64,000 bases of DNA from Pseudanabaena sp. BL-A-41 (GTDB lineage: Bacteria; Cyanobacteriota; Cyanobacteriia; Pseudanabaenales; Pseudanabaenaceae). The notes under the pieces are model-generated. The model did no database searches. It worked only from the letters and a program-made list of their open reading frames with translations, and was not told the DNA's origin. The stretch covers positions 4,634,158 to 4,698,157 of the forward strand of contig CP192607.1 in assembly GCA_050632425.1 (NCBI GenBank), read 5' to 3'. Made by a program: the position numbers and the translations under genes. Below are positions 18,362 through 28,360 of the stretch, piece after piece (positions within the stretch are counted from its first letter, which is position 1; every line of letters begins with the position of its first letter).

Positions 18362-20800
18362 ATGATCCATAACCCCATGACAGCTAAATTAAACCGAAAT
18401 CTAGCGAGAATAGGACTAGAATTCAATAATCCTCGGTGGTGGCTCGAAATTATCGTCATTATTGTGGTCTATTTTGCAATATCTTGGGGCGTGGTTAATG
18501 GCATACCCAAAAATCCTGTTACCCCTTCTCCTCTCTGGCCTGGAGCAGGAATTATTGTCGGGCTATTACTGGTCTGGGGGCGATCGCGATGGTTTGGTGT
18601 TTTTCTGGCGACGTTTATTTATAACCTGCATAGGCGAGGATTTACAATCATCCTGCCTCCTTTAGGTGCAAGTATTGGTTCAACGATTGGAGCCTTGATT
18701 ACGGTCTCGCTGATTTTAAAATTTACCCGCACGAAATATCCCATCCGCCAAGTTCGTCATGTTGTCATTTTTTCCCTATGTGCTATATTTACTGGCGTTA
18801 TATTTCAGGCAAGTATCGGTATTCTTTCCTATGTTTCTTACATGAATAAAGCGTGGAGTGATTTACCGAGCGTTTTTTTTAATTGGTGGGTTGGTGATGC
18901 CATTAGTATTTTACTTTTTGCGCCACTAGTTTTTACTTGGCTGCGATCGCCCAACAATTCCAAGCTCAAATCTTGGCTAAGTTGGGAAGTATTCGCAGTT
19001 TTATCTAGCTTGGCTATTATTGCCTATCTCGCCTTTTACGAGAGCCAGCCAATTGAATATTTACTTTTGCCTCCCTTACTCTGGTCAGCCTTTCGCTTTG
19101 GCTCTAAATTCACTACCACGATAGTGATGATTGTCTCCATGACAGCCACGATTGCCACGGCAAATTCTATTGGGGTTTTTTATAAGCCGCAAGTCAATGG
19201 CAACTCAGTTTTATTACTGCAAATATTTATGGGTGTGATGGCAATTACCACAATGTCCGTGCTTGCGATTGTGGCGGAAAACGATCAAGCCAATCTACGT
19301 TTACAGAGAACCAACATTGACCTAGAACAGAGAGTAATCGAGCGAACTCAAGAACTTCAACTAAGTGAAGCAAAATCAAGACAACTTGCGGCTAAAGCCG
19401 AAGCGGCAAATCAAGCTAAAAGCGCTTTTATTGCTAACATGAGCCATGAATTGCGATCGCCCCTAAATGCAGTAATTGGTTTTTCACAGTTAATGCTAAG
19501 AACTAAGGATTTGCCCACAGAACACTATGAAAATGCCAGTATTATTTATCGCAGTGGCGATTATTTATTGACATTAATTAATAATATTTTAGACCTGTCA
19601 AAAATTGAGGCAGGCAAATCAACCCTTAACCCTCAAAATTTCGATTTATATCTCTTATTAGATGATATCGAAGATATGCTCCAGCTACGCGCATCTAATG
19701 CTGGTTTAAACTTTGTATTTGAGCGAGATCATGATGTTCCACGTTATATTTATACAGATGCCATTAAGTTGCGTCAGGTATTAATTAATTTAATCGGAAA
19801 TGCTATCAAATTCACTAAGGTAGGCGGAGTTTTTATTCACATAACTAATGTTAAATTAGCGAATAGTGATTGTATACTAAGATTTAGTGTCCGTGATACA
19901 GGTGTTGGGATCGCGACAACAGAATTATCCGAATTATTTGTTTCTTTTGCTCAGGCTCAAGCGGGGCGAGAAAAACAGGAAGGCACAGGTTTAGGTTTGG
20001 CGATCAGTCGTAAATTTGTGCAGCTCATGGGTGGAGATATTAACGTAACTAGTACAGTGGGAAAAGGCACTACTTTCCAATTTGAAATTCAGGCGAAACT
20101 AGGTCAAGAATTGACCAATGAGCAGGTCGGCAAAAGGCGCGCATTGGCTCTTGCCCCTAACCAAACTACTTACAAAATTTTAGTAGTGGATGATAAACCT
20201 GTTAATTGTCAATTGCTCACTAAGTTACTACGTCCAATGGGTTTTGAGGTCAAAGAAGCGAGCAACGGACAAGAAGCGATCGCTATTTGGGATACGTGGG
20301 AACCACACCTGATCTGGATGGATATGCGAATGCCTGTAATGGATGGCTATGAGGCAACTAAGTATATTAAATCTACAACCAAAGGTAATGCGACAGCCGT
20401 CATTGCCCTTACTGCTAGTGTTTTAGAGGAGGAAAAAGCAGTGGTGCTATCAACGGGATGTGATGATTTTCTGCGGAAACCATTTAATGAACAAATAATT
20501 TTTGATACACTTGCTAAACATCTTGGGGTGGAATATATATACGAAACCAACCCCAATTATGAGAATGAACTGGATATTTCCGCAGAAATAACCCTAACAT
20601 CTGATAATTTTAAAATAATGCCCAATAAATGGCTAAACCAATTATACGAAGCATCTCTTGAAGCTGATAAAGATCTAGTATTGAAACTAATTGGAGAAAT
20701 TTCAGAAACAGAAACCATTTTAGTGCGATCGCTAACCAAACTTGTTCGTAATTTCCAATTTGAGAAATTAATCGATTTAGTTGAACCTCTACTATCTTAA
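18362..20800 (+). CDS. Hybrid sensor histidine kinase (polytopic MASE1-like N-terminus, HisKA, HATPase, REC, His-less helical C-terminal tail)
   Basis: About 8 TM segments. H-box SHELRSPLNAV. DTGVGI and GTGLGLAIS. REC (VDDKPVN...MDMRMPVMDG...RKPF). The ORF opens at 18332, overlapping the ABC-F gene, so ATG 18362 was chosen. Confidence 0.85.
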   Translation: MIHNPMTAKLNRNLARIGLEFNNPRWWLEIIVIIVVYFAISWGVVNGIPKNPVTPSPLWPGAGIIVGLLLVWGRSRWFGVFLATFIYNLHRRGFTIILPPLGASIGSTIGALITVSLILKFTRTKYPIRQVRHVVIFSLCAIFTGVIFQASIGILSYVSYMNKAWSDLPSVFFNWWVGDAISILLFAPLVFTWLRSPNNSKLKSWLSWEVFAVLSSLAIIAYLAFYESQPIEYLLLPPLLWSAFRFGSKFTTTIVMIVSMTATIATANSIGVFYKPQVNGNSVLLLQIFMGVMAITTMSVLAIVAENDQANLRLQRTNIDLEQRVIERTQELQLSEAKSRQLAAKAEAANQAKSAFIANMSHELRSPLNAVIGFSQLMLRTKDLPTEHYENASIIYRSGDYLLTLINNILDLSKIEAGKSTLNPQNFDLYLLLDDIEDMLQLRASNAGLNFVFERDHDVPRYIYTDAIKLRQVLINLIGNAIKFTKVGGVFIHITNVKLANSDCILRFSVRDTGVGIATTELSELFVSFAQAQAGREKQEGTGLGLAISRKFVQLMGGDINVTSTVGKGTTFQFEIQAKLGQELTNEQVGKRRALALAPNQTTYKILVVDDKPVNCQLLTKLLRPMGFEVKEASNGQEAIAIWDTWEPHLIWMDMRMPVMDGYEATKYIKSTTKGNATAVIALTASVLEEEKAVVLSTGCDDFLRKPFNEQIIFDTLAKHLGVEYIYETNPNYENELDISAEITLTSDNFKIMPNKWLNQLYEASLEADKDLVLKLIGEISETETILVRSLTKLVRNFQFEKLIDLVEPLLS

Positions 20801-20812
20801 ACCTACTAATTC

Positions 20813-21634
20813 ATGAGCTACAATCCTTCGCTTGAAATCACAGGTAATATTCTCTTGGTAGATGATCTACCCGAAAATTTGCAACTCCTCAGTGATTTAT
20901 TAACAACCCTAGGCTACAGTGTGCGAAGTGTAACTAGTGGACGTATGGCTCTTAAAACGGCGAAGGTAAAACGCCCTGATTTAATTCTTTTAGATATTAA
21001 GATGCCAGATATGGATGGCTATCAAGTATGTCAAGCCTTTAAAGCTGACGAAGATTTACGTGACATCCCTGTGATTTTTATCAGTGCCCTCGATGATGTT
21101 TTTGACAAAGTGAAGGCTTTTTGGTCAGGGGGAGTTGATTATATTGCTAAGCCTTTTCAGAGCGAAGAAGTTGTCGTTCGTCTCGAAAATCAATTAACAA
21201 TTCAAAGGCAAAAACAAGCCTTACAGGATGAGATTTCGCGGCGTAAAGAAACCGAAGAAATGTTGTATCAGTCGCGGGCTTTACTTACGAGTGTTCTCAA
21301 TAGTGTGCTCGATGGGATCGCTGCCGTGCAAGCAGTTCGCGATCCGACCACGGGCGACATTGTGGATTTTCGATGTCTTGTTGTTAATCCTGTAATCGCC
21401 AAACTATTCGATCGCAGTCGCGAAGATTTAATCGGTAAATTAGTGCTCAGAAAATTTCTTGAGCGAGTTAAACCAGAGCTATTTCAGCAATTAGCTGATG
21501 TAGTAGAAACAGGGCATACCTTAGATGAGACGATTAATTATCCCATAAACTCTAACTACTTTTATCAGGTCATTGCTGTTAAGTTAGGGGATGGATTCAC
21601 TGTCACGCTGAGAGATAACAGTAATAAATGCTAA
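20813..21634 (+). CDS. Response regulator with C-terminal PAS-like domain
   Basis: REC (VDDLPENLQLL...LDIKMPDMDG...AKPF), followed by a PAS-like block (LTSVLNSVLDGIAAV). Confidence 0.8.
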   Translation: MSYNPSLEITGNILLVDDLPENLQLLSDLLTTLGYSVRSVTSGRMALKTAKVKRPDLILLDIKMPDMDGYQVCQAFKADEDLRDIPVIFISALDDVFDKVKAFWSGGVDYIAKPFQSEEVVVRLENQLTIQRQKQALQDEISRRKETEEMLYQSRALLTSVLNSVLDGIAAVQAVRDPTTGDIVDFRCLVVNPVIAKLFDRSREDLIGKLVLRKFLERVKPELFQQLADVVETGHTLDETINYPINSNYFYQVIAVKLGDGFTVTLRDNSNKC

Positions 21635-21643
21635 GTAGAAACT

Positions 21644-23647
21644 CTAGCGAGGTTTACCCACGGAATAGTTAATGGCATAACTCCAACTGAGCAACCGCAG
21701 CCATAGACGAGGATTAGTAGGTTCTAGCCATGCTTGACAACTGCGGATTAGCGGAGGCATCCATCCGCCCAAGATCGCATTAGCAAAGGAATTACGGGTA
21801 AAGGCTCCATAGCTAGATAGCCATTTCAGTAAGTCCTGTATCCCAGCCATTTCCAAAATCCAAAGCACTAATTTCGGATTTTTAAAGGCAGCAATAAGGG
21901 CAAGGCGGTTAAACATTAACCAATTGAGACGATCTTTGATAAAGCGATCGCTAACGGGTTGCGGCTCATCGGCAAGAAGTCCAAAGAAAGTATTTAGCAT
22001 CGAGTTCACTCGTTCGGGGGGCAAGTGCATTCCCGTAGGAACCATCATTCCCTTAGAAAATAGCCATGTGACCGCAATATTACTTTGATAGGCATTAATC
22101 TGGCTCAGATCATCGGCTCTGAGCAAATCATGTTTGAGAGCCGTATCAAGCAAAGTCGCCAAACGGGGCAAATTGCGAACGAGGGAACCAAAGCCTGTAA
22201 ATACCAGAGGAGATTGCAGAGAAGCAGCATCACCGATCGCTAAAATCCGATCAAAAGCACATTTTTTAGAATCCTCATTGAGGCTGTAATGTCCCGTGAT
22301 ATAGCCAAAGGTCGCCTTCTTCCAAGTCAGCTTCTCCATATCACAACGGCGATATTCAGGCAAAATCGTGAAGAAGTCCTCATACATTTCCAGTAATGAC
22401 CCCGGATTTTCAGGATGGACTTGGTGATAATGGAACAGATAAATCGTTAATTCATCTTTTTCTGCGGGAAAGAGTTCCCAAATTAATTGCCGTCCTCGCG
22501 AAATATCGCCATGACTGAAGAGAACATCTCCATACTGAGAATCCCAAACGTGCTTATCAAAACCTTCTAACACAGCGCCCACAGTTGGACAGACGCTATC
22601 AAAGGCTTGACCTGCATTAATTTGTTGCGCGATCGCTGAAGCCGATCCCATCGCATCAATCACCAAGCGCGAATTGAGAATTACCTCGACATCGGTTTCT
22701 AGATTCTTAGCGAAAATAGTTGCGCCATTATCGTTAATTACTACTTTCTGGAATTCGGTGCGATCGCAAATCACTGCACCATATTGATGTAATTTCTTAC
22801 TACAGATTTCCAATAAACGATTAGTATCGATCGCAATATTCAGCACCGTAGGCGTATGTAGCACCTTCGCCTTGAGATGGGGAGGATTATTGCTATCAAA
22901 AAACTTATTAAAGCCATCCACATATTCCGCCGTAATCATCGCTTCAAATTCTTCTTTGGTGAAGAGTCCAAAGTCGATCAGATTCTGAAATTCGGCGCGG
23001 GAAATATTCCATTCCCGATTCATCCGCCCAAAGGGAATGCGTTCCACCAAGCAAACGCGATAGCCTAACTTTGCCATCATCGCCGCATGGATTGCCCCCA
23101 ACGCTCCACCCAGATAAACGATGTCATAGATCACTTCTGGTTTCGCAGAATTAGCTTGTGAATCCTCAAAAATTACTTGCTTGGGAGTTTCAGGATTTTT
23201 CACACTTTCCCGCCAACGCTTTTCCCACCAGTAGACGCGATTGAGATCATATTCGCCATTGGGAATGCGTTGAAAGAATTTCACCGTAAGCGGATACTCT
23301 TTAGCTAAGGCTTCAAAAATGGATTGATTCGGAGCGATCGCAGGTGGTTGTTTAAATTCGTATGGAAAGGCAAGTCGCACCGCTTTAGTAAAATGCTCAA
23401 GAAATTCCTTTTCACCATCCATGACCTCATCCGACCAGCGAAATATTTTGAGGTAAGTCGTGCGCTGCAATGTCCAGATAAATACTGATAATTGCGCGAT
23501 CGCACCTGAACGATTTTGGCGATCGAGGATAAAGCCATGCTTAGCAACGGATTTTTTCCCAAAGGGAGGTTGGTACTCAGACTGGAGCCATGTTTTCACG
23601 GCTGCAACCTGAGGTGTAGGGATCTCGATGTAAAGTAACTGCTGCAT
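21644..23647 (-). CDS. FAD-dependent oxidoreductase; possibly a CruA-type lycopene cyclase (tentative)
   Basis: Rossmann-type dinucleotide fold DIVYLGGALGAIHAAMMAKLGYRVCLVE, preceded by an N-terminal extension of roughly 170 aa, and a GD motif (ILAIGDAAS). The size (667 aa) and layout match my recollection of cyanobacterial CruA. Not verified. Confidence 0.55.
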   Translation of the reverse strand: MQQLLYIEIPTPQVAAVKTWLQSEYQPPFGKKSVAKHGFILDRQNRSGAIAQLSVFIWTLQRTTYLKIFRWSDEVMDGEKEFLEHFTKAVRLAFPYEFKQPPAIAPNQSIFEALAKEYPLTVKFFQRIPNGEYDLNRVYWWEKRWRESVKNPETPKQVIFEDSQANSAKPEVIYDIVYLGGALGAIHAAMMAKLGYRVCLVERIPFGRMNREWNISRAEFQNLIDFGLFTKEEFEAMITAEYVDGFNKFFDSNNPPHLKAKVLHTPTVLNIAIDTNRLLEICSKKLHQYGAVICDRTEFQKVVINDNGATIFAKNLETDVEVILNSRLVIDAMGSASAIAQQINAGQAFDSVCPTVGAVLEGFDKHVWDSQYGDVLFSHGDISRGRQLIWELFPAEKDELTIYLFHYHQVHPENPGSLLEMYEDFFTILPEYRRCDMEKLTWKKATFGYITGHYSLNEDSKKCAFDRILAIGDAASLQSPLVFTGFGSLVRNLPRLATLLDTALKHDLLRADDLSQINAYQSNIAVTWLFSKGMMVPTGMHLPPERVNSMLNTFFGLLADEPQPVSDRFIKDRLNWLMFNRLALIAAFKNPKLVLWILEMAGIQDLLKWLSSYGAFTRNSFANAILGGWMPPLIRSCQAWLEPTNPRLWLRLLSWSYAINYSVGKPR

Positions 23648-23699
23648 GGCTAAATCAATATCTTCAGTGTTCTCATTTTGGCATATATCGTGATTTGGA

Positions 23700-24380
23700 T
23701 CAGACTCGTAGGCTTTCTAGCTGCGTAATCCATTGATGAAAATGTGGACATTTTTCTCTGATTTTTGCTAATCCAATCTTTTGAACTACTTGAGGCGCTA
23801 GGCTAGTTTTTAGTTTTTTGTATTTTGGAATGACTTTTTCAAGTCTTTTAGAAGGAGCAGTAGTTATATCTTGGTTAATTAATTCTGGGGAGGAATACCT
23901 TCTACATTCTACTAATAGACGATCAATGCCTTTCTTATATTGATCATTGTCAGGAAAGTCTTTATACAACTCTTCCAGATCAGTAAATATTAAAGCTTCA
24001 AATTCATGTAATTGAATGTATGGAATAAAACGACTATCATCAATATCACTTGCAAAAGAATCTTCTAAAGATTTAACCTTAAGATAAGGATCTAATAATT
24101 TGCTTGCCTGATCAAAGTTTGGAAAGCAATTTGGCAATTTGTACAGATCGAACATCGTAGTAAGTATTACTGGTTGACTATTTTTCTCTTTCCATAAACG
24201 ATTAATCTCATTTTTTATCTTTGCATAATTCGCTGAACCACCGCCTATGTTTTGAGATTTATCAGTTGTTACTAAACGATGTTTAGGATAAATCCCTTTG
24301 GAATTTAAATGTGGTTTTAAAATCTCTTTTACAAACTTTTCCTCTGTTGTACCTTCCACAAGAATATTTAGAATCAACAT
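23700..24380 (-). CDS. DUF4276-like protein (Toprim-like small partner of the upstream ATPase)
   Basis: The N-terminal ILVEGTTEEKF, plus FIPYIQLHEFEALIF and TAPSKRLE, match the DUF4276 consensus as I remember it. It starts 3 nt after the ATPase stop. AT-rich. Confidence 0.65.
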   Translation of the reverse strand: MLILNILVEGTTEEKFVKEILKPHLNSKGIYPKHRLVTTDKSQNIGGGSANYAKIKNEINRLWKEKNSQPVILTTMFDLYKLPNCFPNFDQASKLLDPYLKVKSLEDSFASDIDDSRFIPYIQLHEFEALIFTDLEELYKDFPDNDQYKKGIDRLLVECRRYSSPELINQDITTAPSKRLEKVIPKYKKLKTSLAPQVVQKIGLAKIREKCPHFHQWITQLESLRV

Positions 24381-24383
24381 TAG

Positions 24384-25577
24384 TTATGGTCTCCCACCAA
24401 TTACATTCTTATTCCATAACTCAGACAATGAATATTCTTCTAGCCAATCTTCTAAATCTGCTTGAATCAATCTTTTAAAGGAAGACGCACGATTGTTTCT
24501 TTCAACAACAATGATTTCTTCGGGGTCAAAACAATCAACTAATGATGGTGATTGAGTTGCTAAAATTACTTGGCAACGATTAGAAACACCATTAATTAGA
24601 CTGCCGATGATATCAATAGCATAGGGATGTAATCCTAGTTCTGGCTCATCTAAAATCAAAACATCGGGCAAGCTATCAGGAGGTTGTAGTAAAAGCGTTA
24701 CTAAAGCCATTGCTCTTAATGTTCCATCCGATGCTTGATGTGGGCTAAATATCAAATCAGTTCCTATTTCCCGCCATTGCAACAAAATCGTATTATTAAT
24801 AGGCTCTAATACGAAGTCTGCAAAGAATGGGGCGATTTGTCTAATAGTTTCTATTATCCTTTGATAATAACGAGGTTGATAATCTCTGATTTTTAGTAGA
24901 AATGCTGCTAAGTTACCTGCATCTTCTTGTAAATGGTGGTGGTCATAAATATTACATCTCTGCTTAAAGCGTGCAGTTTGTGAAGTGTTGTGAAATTGAT
25001 AACTAACAAAACCTTGCATTAATAAGAATATGTTTCTAGCTACATGATTCCCTGAAGTTGCTAATTCAATTGCTTTAGACTCTCTATGACCAGAAAGTCT
25101 CAATCTTTCTCTAACTAAGTCTGAATTGATCATTCTAAGATTTAGAGAACTATCATTTAGCAATTGTGTATTGTTATATTCTTGTGTAGCTTTTAAATTT
25201 TTCAAATCCACATTTTCCGAGAAAGCACTTGACAAATCATCAAATTTTTCTTGAGAGAATATAAATGTATCTGATGCAGCATAATCTAAGTCAAACGAAT
25301 AACTATATTGACCTGAAGTAGACTCAAAATGTAGATTGGTTTGTATTGTTTTTGTCAATGCCGCTCCGTCAAACAGGAAAGAATTTGCTCCTCCTGATTG
25401 CCCGACGAAAAGCTGTAGTTGTCCGGGCGATCGCATCATCCAACTTAATAGCTTAAAAAAAGAAATAAAATTAGATTTACCTGAACCATTCGCGCCGATT
25501 AAAACGTTGATGGGAGATAAATCTAATTCTAGTTCTTTAATTGATTTAAAGCCTTTAATGCTGATGTGTTTAAGCAT
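24384..25577 (-). CDS. ABC-type (AAA_21/AAA_15-like) ATPase, soluble
   Basis: IKGFKSI...INVLIGANGSGKSN (Walker A), ASDGTLR (signature-like), VLILDEPELGLHP (Walker B) and ILATQSP. No TM or substrate-binding domain. Confidence 0.8.
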   Translation of the reverse strand: MLKHISIKGFKSIKELELDLSPINVLIGANGSGKSNFISFFKLLSWMMRSPGQLQLFVGQSGGANSFLFDGAALTKTIQTNLHFESTSGQYSYSFDLDYAASDTFIFSQEKFDDLSSAFSENVDLKNLKATQEYNNTQLLNDSSLNLRMINSDLVRERLRLSGHRESKAIELATSGNHVARNIFLLMQGFVSYQFHNTSQTARFKQRCNIYDHHHLQEDAGNLAAFLLKIRDYQPRYYQRIIETIRQIAPFFADFVLEPINNTILLQWREIGTDLIFSPHQASDGTLRAMALVTLLLQPPDSLPDVLILDEPELGLHPYAIDIIGSLINGVSNRCQVILATQSPSLVDCFDPEEIIVVERNNRASSFKRLIQADLEDWLEEYSLSELWNKNVIGGRP

Positions 25578-25598
25578 AGCGATCGCACAATTTCACAC

Positions 25599-26918
25599 TT
25601 AGGGTTTGACAATCAAAATACCGTAAGCATCAGGATTGAGATATTTGCGAACGGCGGATTGGATATCCTCTTTGGTGATGGATTTGATTAAATCGGGATA
25701 ATTTAAGGCAGGCTCTAGCGAACCGACAATGCGATCGTAATAGCCGTAGATACCTGCACGTTCCTTGGGAGACTCATTGCCGAAGATAAAGCGATTACTG
25801 ACTTGAGTGCGAATCTTCGCTAGTTCCTCATCGGTGACAGGAACTTCATGCAGTTGGCGAATATGCTCACGAATCGCTTCTTCGACGATCGCTACATCCT
25901 CCACATTTAATTTGGCAAATACTTGGAAATTACCCTGCCAACGCATCGCCGAATTACTGACGGAAATGCGATCGACGATGCGCCGATTTTCGCGCAAGTC
26001 CTGCACCATCCGCGAAGTACGTCCACTACCGAGAATATTTGCCAGAATACTTAGAGGATAGGTTTCTGATAGCTCGGTCAAGCCAGAAACGCGCCATGTC
26101 ATGCTCAATCGGGCTTGCTTAAGGCTGGTATCGGTTACTTCACGCCGTACAATTTCTGTAAAGGGCTTTTCGGGAGTGAAAGTCTTAGGCTGAGGTTTAT
26201 CAGTGATCGCATCTCCTTCAAAGTAATTAGCGATCACACCGATCATCTCGCTGACGGGTAAATTGCCAACCACAGCGATCGTCATGTTTTGCGGCGCATA
26301 CCATTGACGATGAAACGAGCGCATCTGCTCAGAGGTGACATTCTCAATCACCTCGACGGGGCCCAACACCGCGCGGCGATAGGGCAACTGCTCGTATACC
26401 AATTCGGAAATGTGGCGATAAATGCGGCGATCGGGATTGTCTTCACTGCGGCGAATTTCCTCTAGTACCACATGACGTTCACGCTGAAACTCTTCGTCAG
26501 GAATGCTAGCCTTTAGCACGATATCTAGTTGTAAAGGCGCAAGTTTTGCGAAATCTTTAGGCGCAACATTGATATAAAAATGCGTGTAATCCTGACTGGT
26601 TGCCGCATTGGTATTACCACCGTGTGACTCGATCGCCTGTTCAAATTCTCCCAAAGCAAGGCGATCGCTACCCTTGAAAACCATATGTTCAAGGAAATGT
26701 GCCATCCCGTTAATGTCATCGCTCTCCACGGCAGAGCCAACATCAACCCAAATACTCAGGTTGACTGCATCCACAGGAATCTGTTCGGCAATAATCTTAA
26801 TTCCATTGGGCAGAACATATTGAGTAGGCGCAGATAGTTGCGCTCTAGTAGCTAGATCATTGAGTGCATGATCGGTCACAGCTACATCTAACCGACGCGG
26901 AACGACGATCGCTGGCAT
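25599..26918 (-). CDS. M16-family (pitrilysin/insulinase-like) zinc peptidase
   Basis: Inverted zinc motif HFLEHMVFKG and a downstream E-rich region. The size is typical. Confidence 0.85.
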   Translation of the reverse strand: MPAIVVPRRLDVAVTDHALNDLATRAQLSAPTQYVLPNGIKIIAEQIPVDAVNLSIWVDVGSAVESDDINGMAHFLEHMVFKGSDRLALGEFEQAIESHGGNTNAATSQDYTHFYINVAPKDFAKLAPLQLDIVLKASIPDEEFQRERHVVLEEIRRSEDNPDRRIYRHISELVYEQLPYRRAVLGPVEVIENVTSEQMRSFHRQWYAPQNMTIAVVGNLPVSEMIGVIANYFEGDAITDKPQPKTFTPEKPFTEIVRREVTDTSLKQARLSMTWRVSGLTELSETYPLSILANILGSGRTSRMVQDLRENRRIVDRISVSNSAMRWQGNFQVFAKLNVEDVAIVEEAIREHIRQLHEVPVTDEELAKIRTQVSNRFIFGNESPKERAGIYGYYDRIVGSLEPALNYPDLIKSITKEDIQSAVRKYLNPDAYGILIVKP

Positions 26919-27158
26919 GGCAAAATTAGGGTTTTACTAAATTTTTTAAATAAAAAGCAGAATTGAGCGAAATTAAGTTTTTTATATCAGGTTTTTAGTA
27001 TCAGGATGGGCGACACTAAGTGCCGTCCATCCTGATACTAATTTAAAGTTATACCAATTTAGGGAGGTGTTGTTACAACCTCCTCAAATCAAGTTCTTGT
27101 TAGCTGAATTAAAAAAAATACACATCGACAGAATTTGCGAGGCAAAATCGTTCGATAT

Positions 27159-28187
27159 TTACAATCTTTCTAGTTCCTGCAATTTGTAATAAGCTTCTCG
27201 CAGGGGCAAGCTTGTATTATCTCCTAGCATAGCAGCAAAATCATAGGACTCTTGGTAAGCAGCGCGTGCTTTTGGCATATTTCCAAAAGATAGGTACAAA
27301 TCACCTAGATATCGCTGCACGATCGCGGCAGTTTCTTGATCGCCCATGACCAAAGCCAAGCTGGATCGGTTTTGCAATAGATCTTCAATGCGATAGAAGT
27401 TAGGCACTTCGAGATAAGCAGCAATAATGCGATCGCTAGCTACTGACATCAGTTTGTAATTGCGATGTTGACGCGCAATCGTTAGTGCCATGCCATAGTC
27501 GGTGATGGCAGCTTTGTAGTTGTCCAAAGCCATCAAACTATCGCCACTATTGATGTATGTATAGCCTTCTCCGATCGCTTCACGGACGGGATGCACTTTA
27601 ATCGATGCGTAATATTGTTTGAGAGCCGCTAAATGATCGCCATAACGTTCTGCAATTAAACCTTTGTTATTCAAGGCGATCGCTGTATTCCGCCCTTGCT
27701 CATTTTGGGTAGATAGATCAAGGGTTGCCTTGTTGAGTTTTGAGGCAGATTCTAGCTTGCCTTGAGCAATCTCAAAACTTACTAAGTTATTCGAGCTTTC
27801 GAGCTTTGCTCCATTATCTCGCAAAGTATTGGCATAGCCGATTCGCTGACGACTTGTATCTTGAGCCGCATTGCTTGCCCCCAGTAATTCGTAGGCATCA
27901 CTCACTCGCGCCAGAGTATAGGAAATGGCAGCTTGATCATTAACGCGCCGATAATAACCGATCGCATAGAGCCAAGTTTTAATTGCTTCACGGGGTCTGC
28001 CATCCTTGAGTTGCGTATAGCCAACATCTAGCAAGCGATCGGCTTCATCTCGTACCGCCCGATTTTCGGGATTGATCGTTACTTGTTGTGACTGCATTGG
28101 CATTGGCACGACGATCGCCCCGACAAAGGCTGCCAAAATCGTCGCCCCAATGTTAGCAACCGACATTTTCTGACGCTTTCTATACAT
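27159..28187 (-). CDS. Secreted TPR-repeat protein
   Basis: N-terminal hydrophobic signal, then repeated A..Y......A...Y TPR-like periodicity. Confidence 0.6.
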   Translation of the reverse strand: MYRKRQKMSVANIGATILAAFVGAIVVPMPMQSQQVTINPENRAVRDEADRLLDVGYTQLKDGRPREAIKTWLYAIGYYRRVNDQAAISYTLARVSDAYELLGASNAAQDTSRQRIGYANTLRDNGAKLESSNNLVSFEIAQGKLESASKLNKATLDLSTQNEQGRNTAIALNNKGLIAERYGDHLAALKQYYASIKVHPVREAIGEGYTYINSGDSLMALDNYKAAITDYGMALTIARQHRNYKLMSVASDRIIAAYLEVPNFYRIEDLLQNRSSLALVMGDQETAAIVQRYLGDLYLSFGNMPKARAAYQESYDFAAMLGDNTSLPLREAYYKLQELERL

Positions 28188-28360
28188 ATCCCTACATCCT
28201 CACCAATAAGGTGGACATATTGTAGCGACATAAAAGCAGTTTTTTCTAGAAGTTTTCTGACTTTTTATGACATAACTCACATGGGTGAGTAGCGCGAAGT
28301 GCTACTCATCCATGTAATAAGGCTTTGGTATAATTTAGCCTAAGCATTTTGAGGAAATCT

